Source: Gammaproteobacteria bacterium
GTDB taxonomy: Bacteria > Pseudomonadota > Gammaproteobacteria > JAADGQ01
Reading direction: 5' to 3'
NCBI GenBank assembly: GCA_021648145.1
Contig: JAKITI010000007.1
Coordinates: forward strand, 1,018-65,017
DNA length: 64,000 nt
This document shows positions 40,912 to 50,835 of the stretch, one piece after another. The notes under the pieces are model-generated. The model had not been told where the DNA came from and made no database searches. It worked only from the letters and a program-made list of their open reading frames with translations. The translations under genes were made by a program, and so were the position numbers. The number at the start of each line of letters is the position of its first letter. Within the stretch, counting starts at the first letter, position 1.

Positions 40912-43911
40912 ATGTATAAAATGACGAAAATAATTCTTACTTTTTTATTGCTGTCCACCGCCGTGTCAGCAAATATCGTATTGGCAAAAGCTAGTCTTGT
41001 TATAGGCAGTATTGCAGCGAAGCCAGGTGATACGATCAATGTTCCAGTCCACCTCTCTCATGATGGTAGCGCTGTAGCACTACAATTTGACCTCTTATTT
41101 GATCCTTCTCAATTAACATCCATGTCTGCTTCGGTTGAGGGAAACTCAGGAAGTAGTCATACGATTCAATCATCACAAATACGCCCTGGAGTGCATCGTG
41201 TCCTGATTGCTGATACATCTAAAAACAATATTCTTGGCAACGGCATTGTGACCCAACTCTCTTTTAAGGTTCACAATAATGCCAATGTTAACAATAAATT
41301 GCTTGATTTAAGTGGTGTAATAATCAGTAATAATCAAGCTATGAAAGTTATGCCTGATCGCTTGCTTAGTGGAGCAATTACAATCGGTGATACCCCAGAT
41401 TCTAATTTGGAGCCTGAGTTAAATGAGGGCATAAACCTCAGTGAAAATGAACAAGCCACACAGGCTATTGCCCCCCAAATCAGCCCTGCTGGAGGCAGCT
41501 ATATCATACTTGATAAACCTTTGGTGACGTTGGGCAGTGCAATCCAGAGTGCAAATATATATTACACACTAGATGGCTCCACACCTACAACGGCCTCATC
41601 GCTCTACAATACCCCGTTGGCTATCAGTGAAAGTGTGACGTTAAAAGCGTTCACTGTCGCACCAGGCTACCGAGATAGCTTGGTGACCAGTGTCAGCTTT
41701 AGCATTACTGAAAGCGAGACCCAGTCAGGAGATTGGAGCAGTGATGCCATTCAACCTTCAAGTAACCCATTCTTCTGGAAGTATAAAGGCAATCAAGTCT
41801 TCTTGGTCGGGGCGTCTGATGATGATGCGCTTTTTAAGTGGGATCACAGTGATATGGTGGCTCACCTGAATTTACTTCAAGCTACAGGGGGTAATTTCAT
41901 TCGTAATGTTTTGAATTATGCTGAAAATAATGTCGATGGACGTGATAGCGGTGCGAATAATATACAGCCGCATGGCTCATCCAATGGCGTGTTTGACCTC
42001 AATACCTTCAACCCATCTTACTTTAATAGATTAGAAACATTTCTATATGAAGCTCAGCAGAGGGATATTATTGTTCAGGTGACATTATGGGAAGGCTTTG
42101 ATTTTATTAATAAAGAGGCCTCATACAGCCTCAAGTATCACGATTTATCATGGAATCCAGCGAACAATATCAACTATACCTCTGCCGCCAGTGGTATGGC
42201 TGAAGTAAATGAATCTTACTTTCCCTTCCAGTCTGAATTTCCTAATAAAATTAAATTTTTTAACAGTATTCCAAGCGTAGATAACAATACGATGTTACTG
42301 GGATATCAGAAGCTGTTTGTCGAAAAGGTTCTGGAAAGCACGTTAAAATTTAATAACGTCACCTACAATGTTCACAATGAGCGTCACAATCCAATCCCTA
42401 AAGCCTGGGCTGACTATTGGGTGGGGTTTGTTAAATCTTATGCTTCATCTCAAGGTAAAACGATTTATATCGCGGACATGGGGGATAAGTACTATGCGAA
42501 CCACCCAACACAGAAAGAAATTTTAGACACGGAGGTGAACGGACTTTATGAGATTTCTCAAATCGCACACCTTGGAGGACAGCTTCAGTATGACCAAACT
42601 CTCTATGCTCGTAATAGACTGATTGAAAATAATAACCGCAAGCCGATCAATGCTGAAAAAATATACGTATCGTCCAGTGCCAGTACATCCCCTGGCCAAC
42701 ATGATGATGAAGATAAATTATGGCGATTTGTCTTTGGCGGAGCAGCGGCGGTTCGTTTTCACCGGCAAACCGATAAGCCCCATGGTTTTGGTTTAACCTA
42801 CATTCCACCCTCAGAATCAGTACCGACCGCGCAGCCTCAAATTAAAAGTATGAGGATGTTTGTTTCCGATATTGATATTTTCAGCATGCAACCCAACAAT
42901 GCCAAACTCAGCGGGCGGGCGACGAACGAAGCATATTTGCTGGAGAATGATTCAGCTCAGTATGCGATCTATTTTACCGGTGTATCAGATCAATCCATCC
43001 AGTTAAACCTTGGCGGGGAATCCGGGGATTTTACAGTTGATTTGCTGGATGTGAGAAATTCTCAGTGGATACGTGGTTATACAACGGTTCAAGGGGGCGG
43101 GTATGTCACTCTTGCCACACCTGACAACAGTCAATATGTCATCGTAATTAAAGGGGCTTACACAGAGGAAACATCACTGTCAGGCAATGGATCTTTGCTT
43201 GCCGGTTACACCTTTAATGAAGGCTCCGGTAACATGATTCGAGATGTATCCGGCAATGGTAGTACTCCCCTGAATCTAAATATTGAAAACGAAGCACTTG
43301 TGCAGTGGGTTGATGGTGGGTTATTTACGCACCCCGGTGCCCGTATCAGAAGTGTTGGTGCGGCCTCAAAAATCAGCAGTGCGATTATGGCTAGCCAGGA
43401 ATTTACCGTGGAAGCATGGATCACACCTGCAACCACTGAGCAAAGTGGCCCGGCTCGCATCGTCAGTATTTCAAAGGATCAGAGTGCCCGTAACCTGACT
43501 CTGGGTCAGGACAATGATCGTTATATAATGCGGGTACGCCGTAACAAGAGCGACCTCAATGGGGCCAACACTCCGGTCACCACTGAAAGCGTCATTGATC
43601 CGAATGCTCTGGCAGTGCAGCATGTCGTATTTACCCAGGCGGAAGATGGAGAGGGTCGGCTCTATGTCAATGGCACCCTGCAGAGTTCTCTGAACTCAGG
43701 TGAAATTGATTTCACGCAATGGAATCTTGATTACTCACTGGTATTAGCCAATGAAATTGACAATGAAGAAGATGTCAGGCTCTGGAGCGGAACATTCCAT
43801 CGCATCGCCATTTACGACTATGCTCTGGATACGGCTCAGGTTACGCAGAACTACCTCGGTGGTGCAGAAAGCGAAGACGGTTTTGGGTCTTACGGGAATG
43901 CAAAAAAATAG
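40912..43911 (+). CDS. secreted multidomain protein (cohesin-like N-terminus, Ig-like/chitobiase-type domain, putative glycoside-hydrolase-like TIM barrel, C-terminal LamG/concanavalin-like domain)
   Basis: 999 aa with a signal peptide. The N-terminal beta-sandwich resembles cohesin domains. The C-terminal roughly 200 aa (FTVEAWITPATTEQSGPARIVSIS...RLYVNGTL) matches a LamG-like jellyroll. The middle region resembles cellulase-like hydrolases. The domain calls are tentative. Confidence 0.65.
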   Translation: MYKMTKIILTFLLLSTAVSANIVLAKASLVIGSIAAKPGDTINVPVHLSHDGSAVALQFDLLFDPSQLTSMSASVEGNSGSSHTIQSSQIRPGVHRVLIADTSKNNILGNGIVTQLSFKVHNNANVNNKLLDLSGVIISNNQAMKVMPDRLLSGAITIGDTPDSNLEPELNEGINLSENEQATQAIAPQISPAGGSYIILDKPLVTLGSAIQSANIYYTLDGSTPTTASSLYNTPLAISESVTLKAFTVAPGYRDSLVTSVSFSITESETQSGDWSSDAIQPSSNPFFWKYKGNQVFLVGASDDDALFKWDHSDMVAHLNLLQATGGNFIRNVLNYAENNVDGRDSGANNIQPHGSSNGVFDLNTFNPSYFNRLETFLYEAQQRDIIVQVTLWEGFDFINKEASYSLKYHDLSWNPANNINYTSAASGMAEVNESYFPFQSEFPNKIKFFNSIPSVDNNTMLLGYQKLFVEKVLESTLKFNNVTYNVHNERHNPIPKAWADYWVGFVKSYASSQGKTIYIADMGDKYYANHPTQKEILDTEVNGLYEISQIAHLGGQLQYDQTLYARNRLIENNNRKPINAEKIYVSSSASTSPGQHDDEDKLWRFVFGGAAAVRFHRQTDKPHGFGLTYIPPSESVPTAQPQIKSMRMFVSDIDIFSMQPNNAKLSGRATNEAYLLENDSAQYAIYFTGVSDQSIQLNLGGESGDFTVDLLDVRNSQWIRGYTTVQGGGYVTLATPDNSQYVIVIKGAYTEETSLSGNGSLLAGYTFNEGSGNMIRDVSGNGSTPLNLNIENEALVQWVDGGLFTHPGARIRSVGAASKISSAIMASQEFTVEAWITPATTEQSGPARIVSISKDQSARNLTLGQDNDRYIMRVRRNKSDLNGANTPVTTESVIDPNALAVQHVVFTQAEDGEGRLYVNGTLQSSLNSGEIDFTQWNLDYSLVLANEIDNEEDVRLWSGTFHRIAIYDYALDTAQVTQNYLGGAESEDGFGSYGNAKK

Positions 43912-43913
43912 CC

Positions 43914-43936
43914 TATGGAATCAAAAAAGGGGTCAG
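43914..43936. repeat. left inverted REP-like repeat flanking a transposase remnant
   Basis: AAAAAGGGGTCAGTACCCTTTGG. Its reverse complement recurs at 44181-44204 with 21 of 22 matches. Confidence 0.6.
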
Positions 43937-44011
43937 TACCCTTTGGTAATAAAAAGAGAAAATCGGCTCGCCCCTGATGTCCGCCTACCGTTTGAATAAA
44001 GCTTTAAAGAA

Positions 44012-44209
44012 ATGGCAGGTGAAAAGCTCATCGATGAAATACGAGTATCAGTACAAACTGGCGCACCTATGGGGAGCGAGCGATTCAAGAATGAAATTGA
44101 AAAACTACTCGGCATAAAAGTAGGCCAATCAAGACGGGGCGACCAATCAAGATTGACGAATAAAAGGGCTATAGATCATTTAAAGGGTACTGACCTCTTT
44201 TTCCTTTGA
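44012..44209 (+). pseudogene. C-terminal fragment of an IS200-like / REP-associated tyrosine transposase (RAYT-type)
   Basis: The 65-aa ORF ...GAPMGSERFKNEIEKLLGIKVGQSRRGDQSR resembles the conserved C-terminal tail (PLGSxxFxxxxExLLGRxxxxxxRGRP) of COG1943-type Y1 transposases. The whole N-terminal catalytic part is missing. It is flanked by inverted REP-like repeats. Confidence 0.4.
44181..44204. repeat. right inverted REP-like repeat
   Basis: TAAAGGGTACTGACCTCTTTTTCC is the reverse complement of the 43914-43936 repeat. Confidence 0.6.
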
Positions 44210-44279
44210 ACTTTGTTCTCTTAAGAGTACTCTATACTATCTCTTAATCCATCTTTAATTTTATTCATCATCAGTTTTT

Positions 44280-47200
44280 ATGCAGTCCGTAATAAAACGA
44301 CATACCACCAAAAAAATTACAGTCCAAGCAATACGTTTTGTATGGTCTATCTTTTTTTTGGTGACTCTGTTTTTCATAGGATCAGCCAGCGCTGGTCATG
44401 CCATTATTAAACTCACTGCTTCGGAAGGCGCATCGGGTGATCGACTGGGTGCCAGTGTTGCACTGTCTGGTGACACTGCTTTGGTGGGCGCTGATGGAAC
44501 GGATACGGGAACAGTTTACGTCTATACTCGTGCTACTGATGAACTCTGGCAAGAGCAAAGAAAACTAACAGCAAATGATGCGAGTACTAATGACTCTTTT
44601 GGTTATGCGCTGGCCTTCTCGGATGATACTGCTCTAATTGGGGCGATTGGTGGTGATGATAAGGGGCTTGAGTCTGGTTCAGTCTATATTTTTCAAAAAA
44701 ATGCTACAGGGATATGGTCTCAGAGAGATAAGCTGTTAGCGAGCGATGGGCTGGCGGGTGATTATTTTGGAATCAGTATCGCTCTGAATGGCAATACTGC
44801 ACTGATTGGAGCATCGGGTAAAAAAGACGGTGGTGCTGTTTATGTTTATGTGCGTAATAGTTCAGGCGGTTGGACAGAGCAAGCCCAATTAAAGGGCGAC
44901 GACAGTCGAGGGAGTGATAACTTTGGTCGCGCTATTTCACTGTATGGAGATACCGCCATTATTGGTGCAACAGGGCGTGATGATCAAGGCTCTGAATCGG
45001 GTGCAGTTTATATCTTTACCCGAAATGGCTTGGGCGAGTGGGCTCAGCAAGATAAGTTGCTTGCTAATGATGGACAAAATGGTGATGCATTTGGTAGCAG
45101 TCTTTCACTGAATGGGAATACTGCACTCATTGGTGCCGCGGGTGCGGACTCTACCAATGGTGCCGCTTACCTATTTATTCGCAACAATCAGAGTCAATGG
45201 ATTCAGCAAAGTAAGTTATTTGCTTCAGATGCGGCATCAAACTCCTATTTTGGACACAGTGTCTCATTGGAAAGTGGCGTTGCACTGATTGGCGCTTATG
45301 GTCAAGGTGCTTCAGCGGCTTACCTGTTTACAATGACTCCAACCGGAAATTGGGTCGAGCAAGCGAAAGAAGAGAGTGTCAGGCGCTCGGATGCATTTGG
45401 AACCAGTGTGGTGCTTGATAATGGTAATGCACTGATTGGAACCGTCGAGACAGGTGGGAAAAATCAGCCAGCAGGAAATGGTTCCGCCTCTCTAATTTTG
45501 GGTATTGCAAAAGATAGTGATTCAGATGGAGTCGTTAATATTGAGGATACATGCCCAAATATTTCTAACCCGGATCAGCTTGATACCGATGGCGATGCGC
45601 AGGGTGATGTGTGTGACCCCGATGATGATAATGACAAGGTGCTTGATAGTCAGGATAGATTCCCGCTTGATGCAGCAGAGTGGGCTGACTCAGATAATGA
45701 CGGAATAGGTAATAATAGTGACCCTGACCTTGATAACGATGGTTTACCAAACACAGTTGAAAGTCAGTATGGTTTGAAAGTTGATGATGCCAGTGATGCT
45801 CTCGGGGATATTGATCGTGATGGCTATAATAATATTGATGAATTTCGGGCAGGCACATCACTGACGAATGCTTCAGAAAATCCAGGCTCTGTTTTAGCGT
45901 TGCACTATAAAATATTGGCCAGTGATGGGCGTGCAGATGATTATTTTGGTGCGCAAGTCGCACTATCAGGTGATACCGCATTAGTGAGTGCAAGTTGGAA
46001 TTACGAGGACATTCCAGGCGCAGGAACCGTTTACGTCTATGTGAGAAACAGTTCTGGAAAATGGCTGCAACAGGCTCGATTAAAACCAGAAAGTTTGATT
46101 GAATATGAGCAATTTGGGAGTGCGCTGTCATTTGATGGTAATACTGCATTAATTGGTGCGGTCTCTGATGTAAGTCATCGTTCTGGCTCCGTCTATATCT
46201 TCGTGCGAAACAGCTCTGGCGAATGGAGTCAGCAAGCAAGGTTATTAGCGGAAGAAGGGTCGCTTGACCGATACTTTGGTCATAGCGTCTCTTTGGATGG
46301 TGACACCGCACTCATCGGCTCGCTCGGATCCGATGCTGCTTATCTGTTTACACGGGACTCTGCTAATCGCTGGGCACTGGGGGAAAAATTTGTGGCTGAT
46401 CCGCCTGTCGCAGGGAGTCAGTTTGGAATAAGTGTCGCACTCTCAAATGATACGGCACTTGTGGGTGCAGCAGCGATTAATTCAGCTTACCTGTTTAAGC
46501 GCAATCAAAACTCTTGGCGACAACAACAAAAATTGACCACACAAGAGAGTGATAACGATAACTTCTTTGGTGGCAGTGTTGCACTTGAGGGGGATGTCGC
46601 ACTGATTGGTGCATATCGGGATGATAGCAGTGGTGTGAATGCTGGCGCAGCTTATCTATTTGTTAGATCGGTGGCAGAGCCGTGGGTGCAACAGGAAAAA
46701 TTGATGGCAATGGATGGTATGAGCAACGATCAATTCGGGGGGCATGTTGCACTCGCTAATGGTATCGCTGTGGTGGGTGCTATCGGTGATGGTGATTCCG
46801 GTTCATCTTATTTATTTATCAGGGATGCCTCGAATCAATGGAGTAAACAAGGAAAAATATTAGCGCAAGATGGGATTGAAAATGATTGGTATGGATACCG
46901 TGTGGCCGTTTCAAGTGAGCGAGTGCTCATTGGCGCACCAAAAGTGAATGATCAGGGTGAAAATTCTGGTGCGGTTTATATATTTGATCAGGTAAATCGT
47001 GATAGTGATGCGGATGGTTTGCTTGATATTGCAGATAATTGCCCTGATGTACAATCGCAAAACCAAAGAGATAGTGATGGCGATGGGCAAGGTGATGCCT
47101 GCGATACGGATGATGATAACGATGGTGTGCTTGATGATAAAGACCCTTTTCCCAAAGATGCTTCAGAGAGTGTTGATGAAGACAAGGATGGCGTAGGCGA

Positions 47201-50200
47201 TAATGCAGATCCTGACCTGGATAATGATGGATTGCCTGACTTGGTTGAAGATCGTTATAACCTGAATGAGAATGATCGCAGTGATGCAGATGATGATCTG
47301 GATAAAGATGGTTACAGTAATTTGGTCGAATTTAGAGCTGGAACCAAGCTTGATGATAAAGAGAGTCGCCCAAGTCAACTCACCGCTCTACATTACAAAT
47401 TATTAGCTAAAGATGGTGCCGCAAATGATCGCTTTGGTTTCAGTGTTGCTTTTAATGGCAATACCGCTCTAATTGGAGCTATTGGAGACAATAATAATAG
47501 TGGCGCTGCTTATGTCTATGTGCGTAATTCAGAAGGTGAGTGGGTCTGGCAAGCTAAGTTAGAGGCTGAAAATGGTGAGCCAGAAAGTTATTTTGGTACT
47601 AGCGTTTCATTATCGGGTGATATTGCAATGGTCAGTGCACACGCCGAAACGGTGGGTGGGCGTGAAAATGTTGGAGCTGTTTATGTATTTATTCGTAACG
47701 AATCAGGCCAATGGACACAGGAAGAAAAAATAATCACAGATGACCGCGTGGCGGGTGGCTATTTTGGTATCAGTGTATCGCAGGAAAATAATATAGCATT
47801 TATTGGTGCGCATGGGGCCAGTGCAGTTTATGTTTTTGAACGAAATGGTGCGGGACGCTGGCTGCAAAAAGAAAAAATTTTTAAAAAAGGTGCTTCCATA
47901 GAAGACTTTTTTGGGTTTAGTCTGTCGCATTCGAAAGAGACGGTACTTATTGGCGCTAAAGGTGAAGGTCGTGTTTACATTTATAAAAAAAATATTGCTG
48001 GAAAATGGTTGCAAAATGCAGCGTTGCAAGCCAGTGATGCGAGTGATGAAAATTTTGGTTACAGCCTCTCGCTTTCAGAAAACACAGTATTAATTGGTGC
48101 ATATAAACTTAATGGTAACGGAAGCAGTTATGTTTTTGTGCGCAGTGTGGATGATCAATGGACTCAGCAAGCCAGACTGATATCAGAAAAGCCTTCGGGA
48201 AGTGACGGGTTTGGAGCAAGTGTCTCGCTACTTGGCAACGTCGCATTGATTGGAGCCGTTTCGGAGAATGCAGCTTATCTTTTTTACCGTGACACTTCAG
48301 GTGATTGGAAAAAACAAACTCGGTTAGTCGCTGTGGATGGCGGTACTGGTTTTTTTGCTCAAAGCCTGTTTATTGATGAAGGCACTGCGGTGATCAGTCG
48401 CATAGGTGATGACGATAATGCAATTGATGCCGGAGCTGTTTATATATTCAGTGGAATGACAACGGACAGTGATGGTGATGGCCTGCTTGATGTTGCAGAT
48501 AACTGTCTTGATATGGTTAATGTTGACCAGACCAACACAGATAACGACGGGCTTGGTAACTTATGTGATGAAGATGATGATAATGACGGCATACTGGATG
48601 TAGATGATTACTTTCCTTTTGATGCATTAGAATCTGCAGATTATGACGGTGATAAAATAGGAGACAATGCTGACCCAGATGCAGATAACGATGGCCTTCC
48701 TGATCTTCTGGAGGAGTATTACAAAGAGCTTGATCCTTTGGATAGTAGTGATGCAAACAAAGATCTGGATGGGGATGGGTACAGTAACCTAGAGGAGTAT
48801 CGTGCAGGAACATCATTAAGTGATGAGGATATTACACCTAAAATGGTCAGTGCTCTTCACTATAAGATCGTGAGCGATGATGGTACAAAAAATAGCTTGT
48901 TTGGCCGGAGTGTTTCACTTGATGGTGATACTGCTCTGATTGGTGCTTCGAGTGACAATAATACAACCGGTGCGGCTTATGTCTATATTAAAAGCGGAGG
49001 GCGCTGGATATTGCAAGCAAAACTGACTGCCAGCGACAAAGCTGAGCGCAGCTTTTTTGGTAGTCGCGTCTCTTTGTCAGGAAATACCGCATTGATTGGA
49101 GCTTATGGAAGTCAAGTTGAGGGCGTTCGTTCAGGGGCGGCTTATGTTTTTATTAGAGATGGCAATGGAAATTGGAAACAGCAGGCTAAATTAAAATCGT
49201 CAGTTGAAATGGAAAATAACCGCTTTGGTTTAAGTGTCGCATTGTCGGGTAACACTGCCTTGGTTGGTGAATACAATCAAAATGAAAAAGTGACTGGTGC
49301 GGCTTATATTTTTGTTAGAGATAAACAGTCACGCTGGACGGAGCAAGCCAAATTACTTGCGAGTAATGGAAAAACAAGTGATTTCTTTGGGTCATCTATA
49401 GCACTCTCCAGTGCCGGTGATACTGCAGTCATTGGCGCTCATCAAGTCAATGAATCATCTGGTATATATGATAGCGGTGCTGTTTACATCTTTCAACGCA
49501 ATGGCACGGGGAAATGGGAACAACAAGCACAGCTGGTATCCGTTGATAAAGTAAAGAAAGGCTTTTTTGGATACAGTGTTTCTATATATGGAAACCTGTT
49601 GCTGGTTGGTGCCTATGGTGAAGTTTTAAGCCGAGGAGCCGCTTATCTGTTTGAGCGTGATTCAAATAGTACATGGAAGCAGATCAAAAGATTTTCTTAT
49701 GAAGCTCAAGAGGCGCGGGATTATTTTGGGCGAAGCGTATCATTAAGCGATGGTATTGCTTTGATTGGTGCAAACGGGCGCGGTCCTGGCAGCAGCTTTC
49801 TCTATATGAGAGATAAAAAAAATCGGTGGAACTATGCTGGGCAAGCGAGGCCTGCTGATGGGCAGAGTGAAGACGCTTTCGGAGTGAGTGTTTCACTATC
49901 TGGCGATGCTGCATTAGTGGGATCATATAAAGATAATGATAACGGTGAAGATTCAGGGTCGGCTTATATTTTTAAAAGTCTTTTGGATGATGATGACGGT
50001 GATGGTATATTAAATATTGCTGATAATTGTCCCGCAATCAGAAATGAAAATCAGCAAGACAGCAATGAAAATGGACTTGGGGATGTCTGTGATCCTGATA
50101 GTAAAAAAGCAAAAGCATCAAGATTTGTAACAGCCGATGGCGGTGGAGCTGTATCAATACTATTTATATTTATTTTACTCATTGCTGGACGTGTACGTTT

Positions 50201-50222
50201 TAACAATAAACTAATGAGGTGA
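44280..50222 (+). CDS. giant FG-GAP beta-propeller/thrombospondin type-3 repeat protein with GlyGly-CTERM sorting signal
   Basis: 1980 aa with a signal peptide. Four tandem modules each carry about 7 FG-GAP-like blades (FGxSVxLxGxTALIGAxxxxxGAAYVF). TSP3 Ca-binding linkers separate them (DTDGDAQGDVCDPDDDNDKVLD...).

The C-terminus ADGGGAVSILFIFILLIAGRVRF is a Gly-Gly, transmembrane-helix, basic GlyGly-CTERM tail. Confidence 0.8.
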   Translation: MQSVIKRHTTKKITVQAIRFVWSIFFLVTLFFIGSASAGHAIIKLTASEGASGDRLGASVALSGDTALVGADGTDTGTVYVYTRATDELWQEQRKLTANDASTNDSFGYALAFSDDTALIGAIGGDDKGLESGSVYIFQKNATGIWSQRDKLLASDGLAGDYFGISIALNGNTALIGASGKKDGGAVYVYVRNSSGGWTEQAQLKGDDSRGSDNFGRAISLYGDTAIIGATGRDDQGSESGAVYIFTRNGLGEWAQQDKLLANDGQNGDAFGSSLSLNGNTALIGAAGADSTNGAAYLFIRNNQSQWIQQSKLFASDAASNSYFGHSVSLESGVALIGAYGQGASAAYLFTMTPTGNWVEQAKEESVRRSDAFGTSVVLDNGNALIGTVETGGKNQPAGNGSASLILGIAKDSDSDGVVNIEDTCPNISNPDQLDTDGDAQGDVCDPDDDNDKVLDSQDRFPLDAAEWADSDNDGIGNNSDPDLDNDGLPNTVESQYGLKVDDASDALGDIDRDGYNNIDEFRAGTSLTNASENPGSVLALHYKILASDGRADDYFGAQVALSGDTALVSASWNYEDIPGAGTVYVYVRNSSGKWLQQARLKPESLIEYEQFGSALSFDGNTALIGAVSDVSHRSGSVYIFVRNSSGEWSQQARLLAEEGSLDRYFGHSVSLDGDTALIGSLGSDAAYLFTRDSANRWALGEKFVADPPVAGSQFGISVALSNDTALVGAAAINSAYLFKRNQNSWRQQQKLTTQESDNDNFFGGSVALEGDVALIGAYRDDSSGVNAGAAYLFVRSVAEPWVQQEKLMAMDGMSNDQFGGHVALANGIAVVGAIGDGDSGSSYLFIRDASNQWSKQGKILAQDGIENDWYGYRVAVSSERVLIGAPKVNDQGENSGAVYIFDQVNRDSDADGLLDIADNCPDVQSQNQRDSDGDGQGDACDTDDDNDGVLDDKDPFPKDASESVDEDKDGVGDNADPDLDNDGLPDLVEDRYNLNENDRSDADDDLDKDGYSNLVEFRAGTKLDDKESRPSQLTALHYKLLAKDGAANDRFGFSVAFNGNTALIGAIGDNNNSGAAYVYVRNSEGEWVWQAKLEAENGEPESYFGTSVSLSGDIAMVSAHAETVGGRENVGAVYVFIRNESGQWTQEEKIITDDRVAGGYFGISVSQENNIAFIGAHGASAVYVFERNGAGRWLQKEKIFKKGASIEDFFGFSLSHSKETVLIGAKGEGRVYIYKKNIAGKWLQNAALQASDASDENFGYSLSLSENTVLIGAYKLNGNGSSYVFVRSVDDQWTQQARLISEKPSGSDGFGASVSLLGNVALIGAVSENAAYLFYRDTSGDWKKQTRLVAVDGGTGFFAQSLFIDEGTAVISRIGDDDNAIDAGAVYIFSGMTTDSDGDGLLDVADNCLDMVNVDQTNTDNDGLGNLCDEDDDNDGILDVDDYFPFDALESADYDGDKIGDNADPDADNDGLPDLLEEYYKELDPLDSSDANKDLDGDGYSNLEEYRAGTSLSDEDITPKMVSALHYKIVSDDGTKNSLFGRSVSLDGDTALIGASSDNNTTGAAYVYIKSGGRWILQAKLTASDKAERSFFGSRVSLSGNTALIGAYGSQVEGVRSGAAYVFIRDGNGNWKQQAKLKSSVEMENNRFGLSVALSGNTALVGEYNQNEKVTGAAYIFVRDKQSRWTEQAKLLASNGKTSDFFGSSIALSSAGDTAVIGAHQVNESSGIYDSGAVYIFQRNGTGKWEQQAQLVSVDKVKKGFFGYSVSIYGNLLLVGAYGEVLSRGAAYLFERDSNSTWKQIKRFSYEAQEARDYFGRSVSLSDGIALIGANGRGPGSSFLYMRDKKNRWNYAGQARPADGQSEDAFGVSVSLSGDAALVGSYKDNDNGEDSGSAYIFKSLLDDDDGDGILNIADNCPAIRNENQQDSNENGLGDVCDPDSKKAKASRFVTADGGGAVSILFIFILLIAGRVRFNNKLMR

Positions 50223-50225
50223 GCT

Positions 50226-50804
50226 ATGGCGGCTACAATCAAAGGAACACAAACGGAAAAAAATTTACTGATTTCTTTTGCGGGGGAGTCGCAAGCGCGT
50301 AATCGTTACACCTACTTTGCAGCGGCGGCACGAAAAGAGGGATTAGTTCAAATTTCAGCTGTTTTTGAAGAGACAGCGAATCAAGAAAAAGAACACGCAA
50401 AGCGTTTTTTTAAATTCCTCGAAGGAGGGGAGGTTGAAATTACTGAAAAATTTCCTGCGGGCACTATAGCAACAACGCTGGAAAATTTACGCGCTGCTGC
50501 TGCGGGTGAAGAGCATGAGTGGACGGAGATGTACCCCGCTTTTGCTAAAACTGCCCGTGAAGAAGGTTTTGAAGAGATTGCAGCAGCATTTGACGCGATT
50601 TCTATCGCAGAAGCACACCATGGTAAACGCTTCAAACAACTTGCAAATAATTTGGATGCTGGGCGAGTATTTAAACGAATTGGTCGAGTGGTCTGGAAAT
50701 GTAGAAATTGTGGTTATCTGCATGAAGCAACAGATGCACCAGAGCTGTGCCCTGCTTGTTTGCATCCGCAGGCACATTTTGAATTATTGGGTGAAAATTG
50801 GTAG
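50226..50804 (+). CDS. rubrerythrin
   Basis: Di-iron ExxH four-helix-bundle motifs plus a C-terminal rubredoxin-like CxxC...CxxC (CRNCGY...CPACLHP). Confidence 0.85.
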   Translation: MAATIKGTQTEKNLLISFAGESQARNRYTYFAAAARKEGLVQISAVFEETANQEKEHAKRFFKFLEGGEVEITEKFPAGTIATTLENLRAAAAGEEHEWTEMYPAFAKTAREEGFEEIAAAFDAISIAEAHHGKRFKQLANNLDAGRVFKRIGRVVWKCRNCGYLHEATDAPELCPACLHPQAHFELLGENW

Positions 50805-50835
50805 CCGAGTTCGCATGGGTTTAAATTCTATGGCA

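Noticed and set aside
43751-43999. 82-aa ORF spanning the end of the 999-aa gene and the REP-like repeat
   Set aside because: It overlaps the 3' end of a supported CDS in another frame and runs through the inverted repeat. It is probably non-coding.
45565-46311. 248-aa His/Gln-rich ORF on the reverse strand
   Set aside because: It lies entirely antisense to the 1980-aa propeller gene. Its composition is an artefact of reading repetitive GAT/GGT-rich coding sequence backwards.
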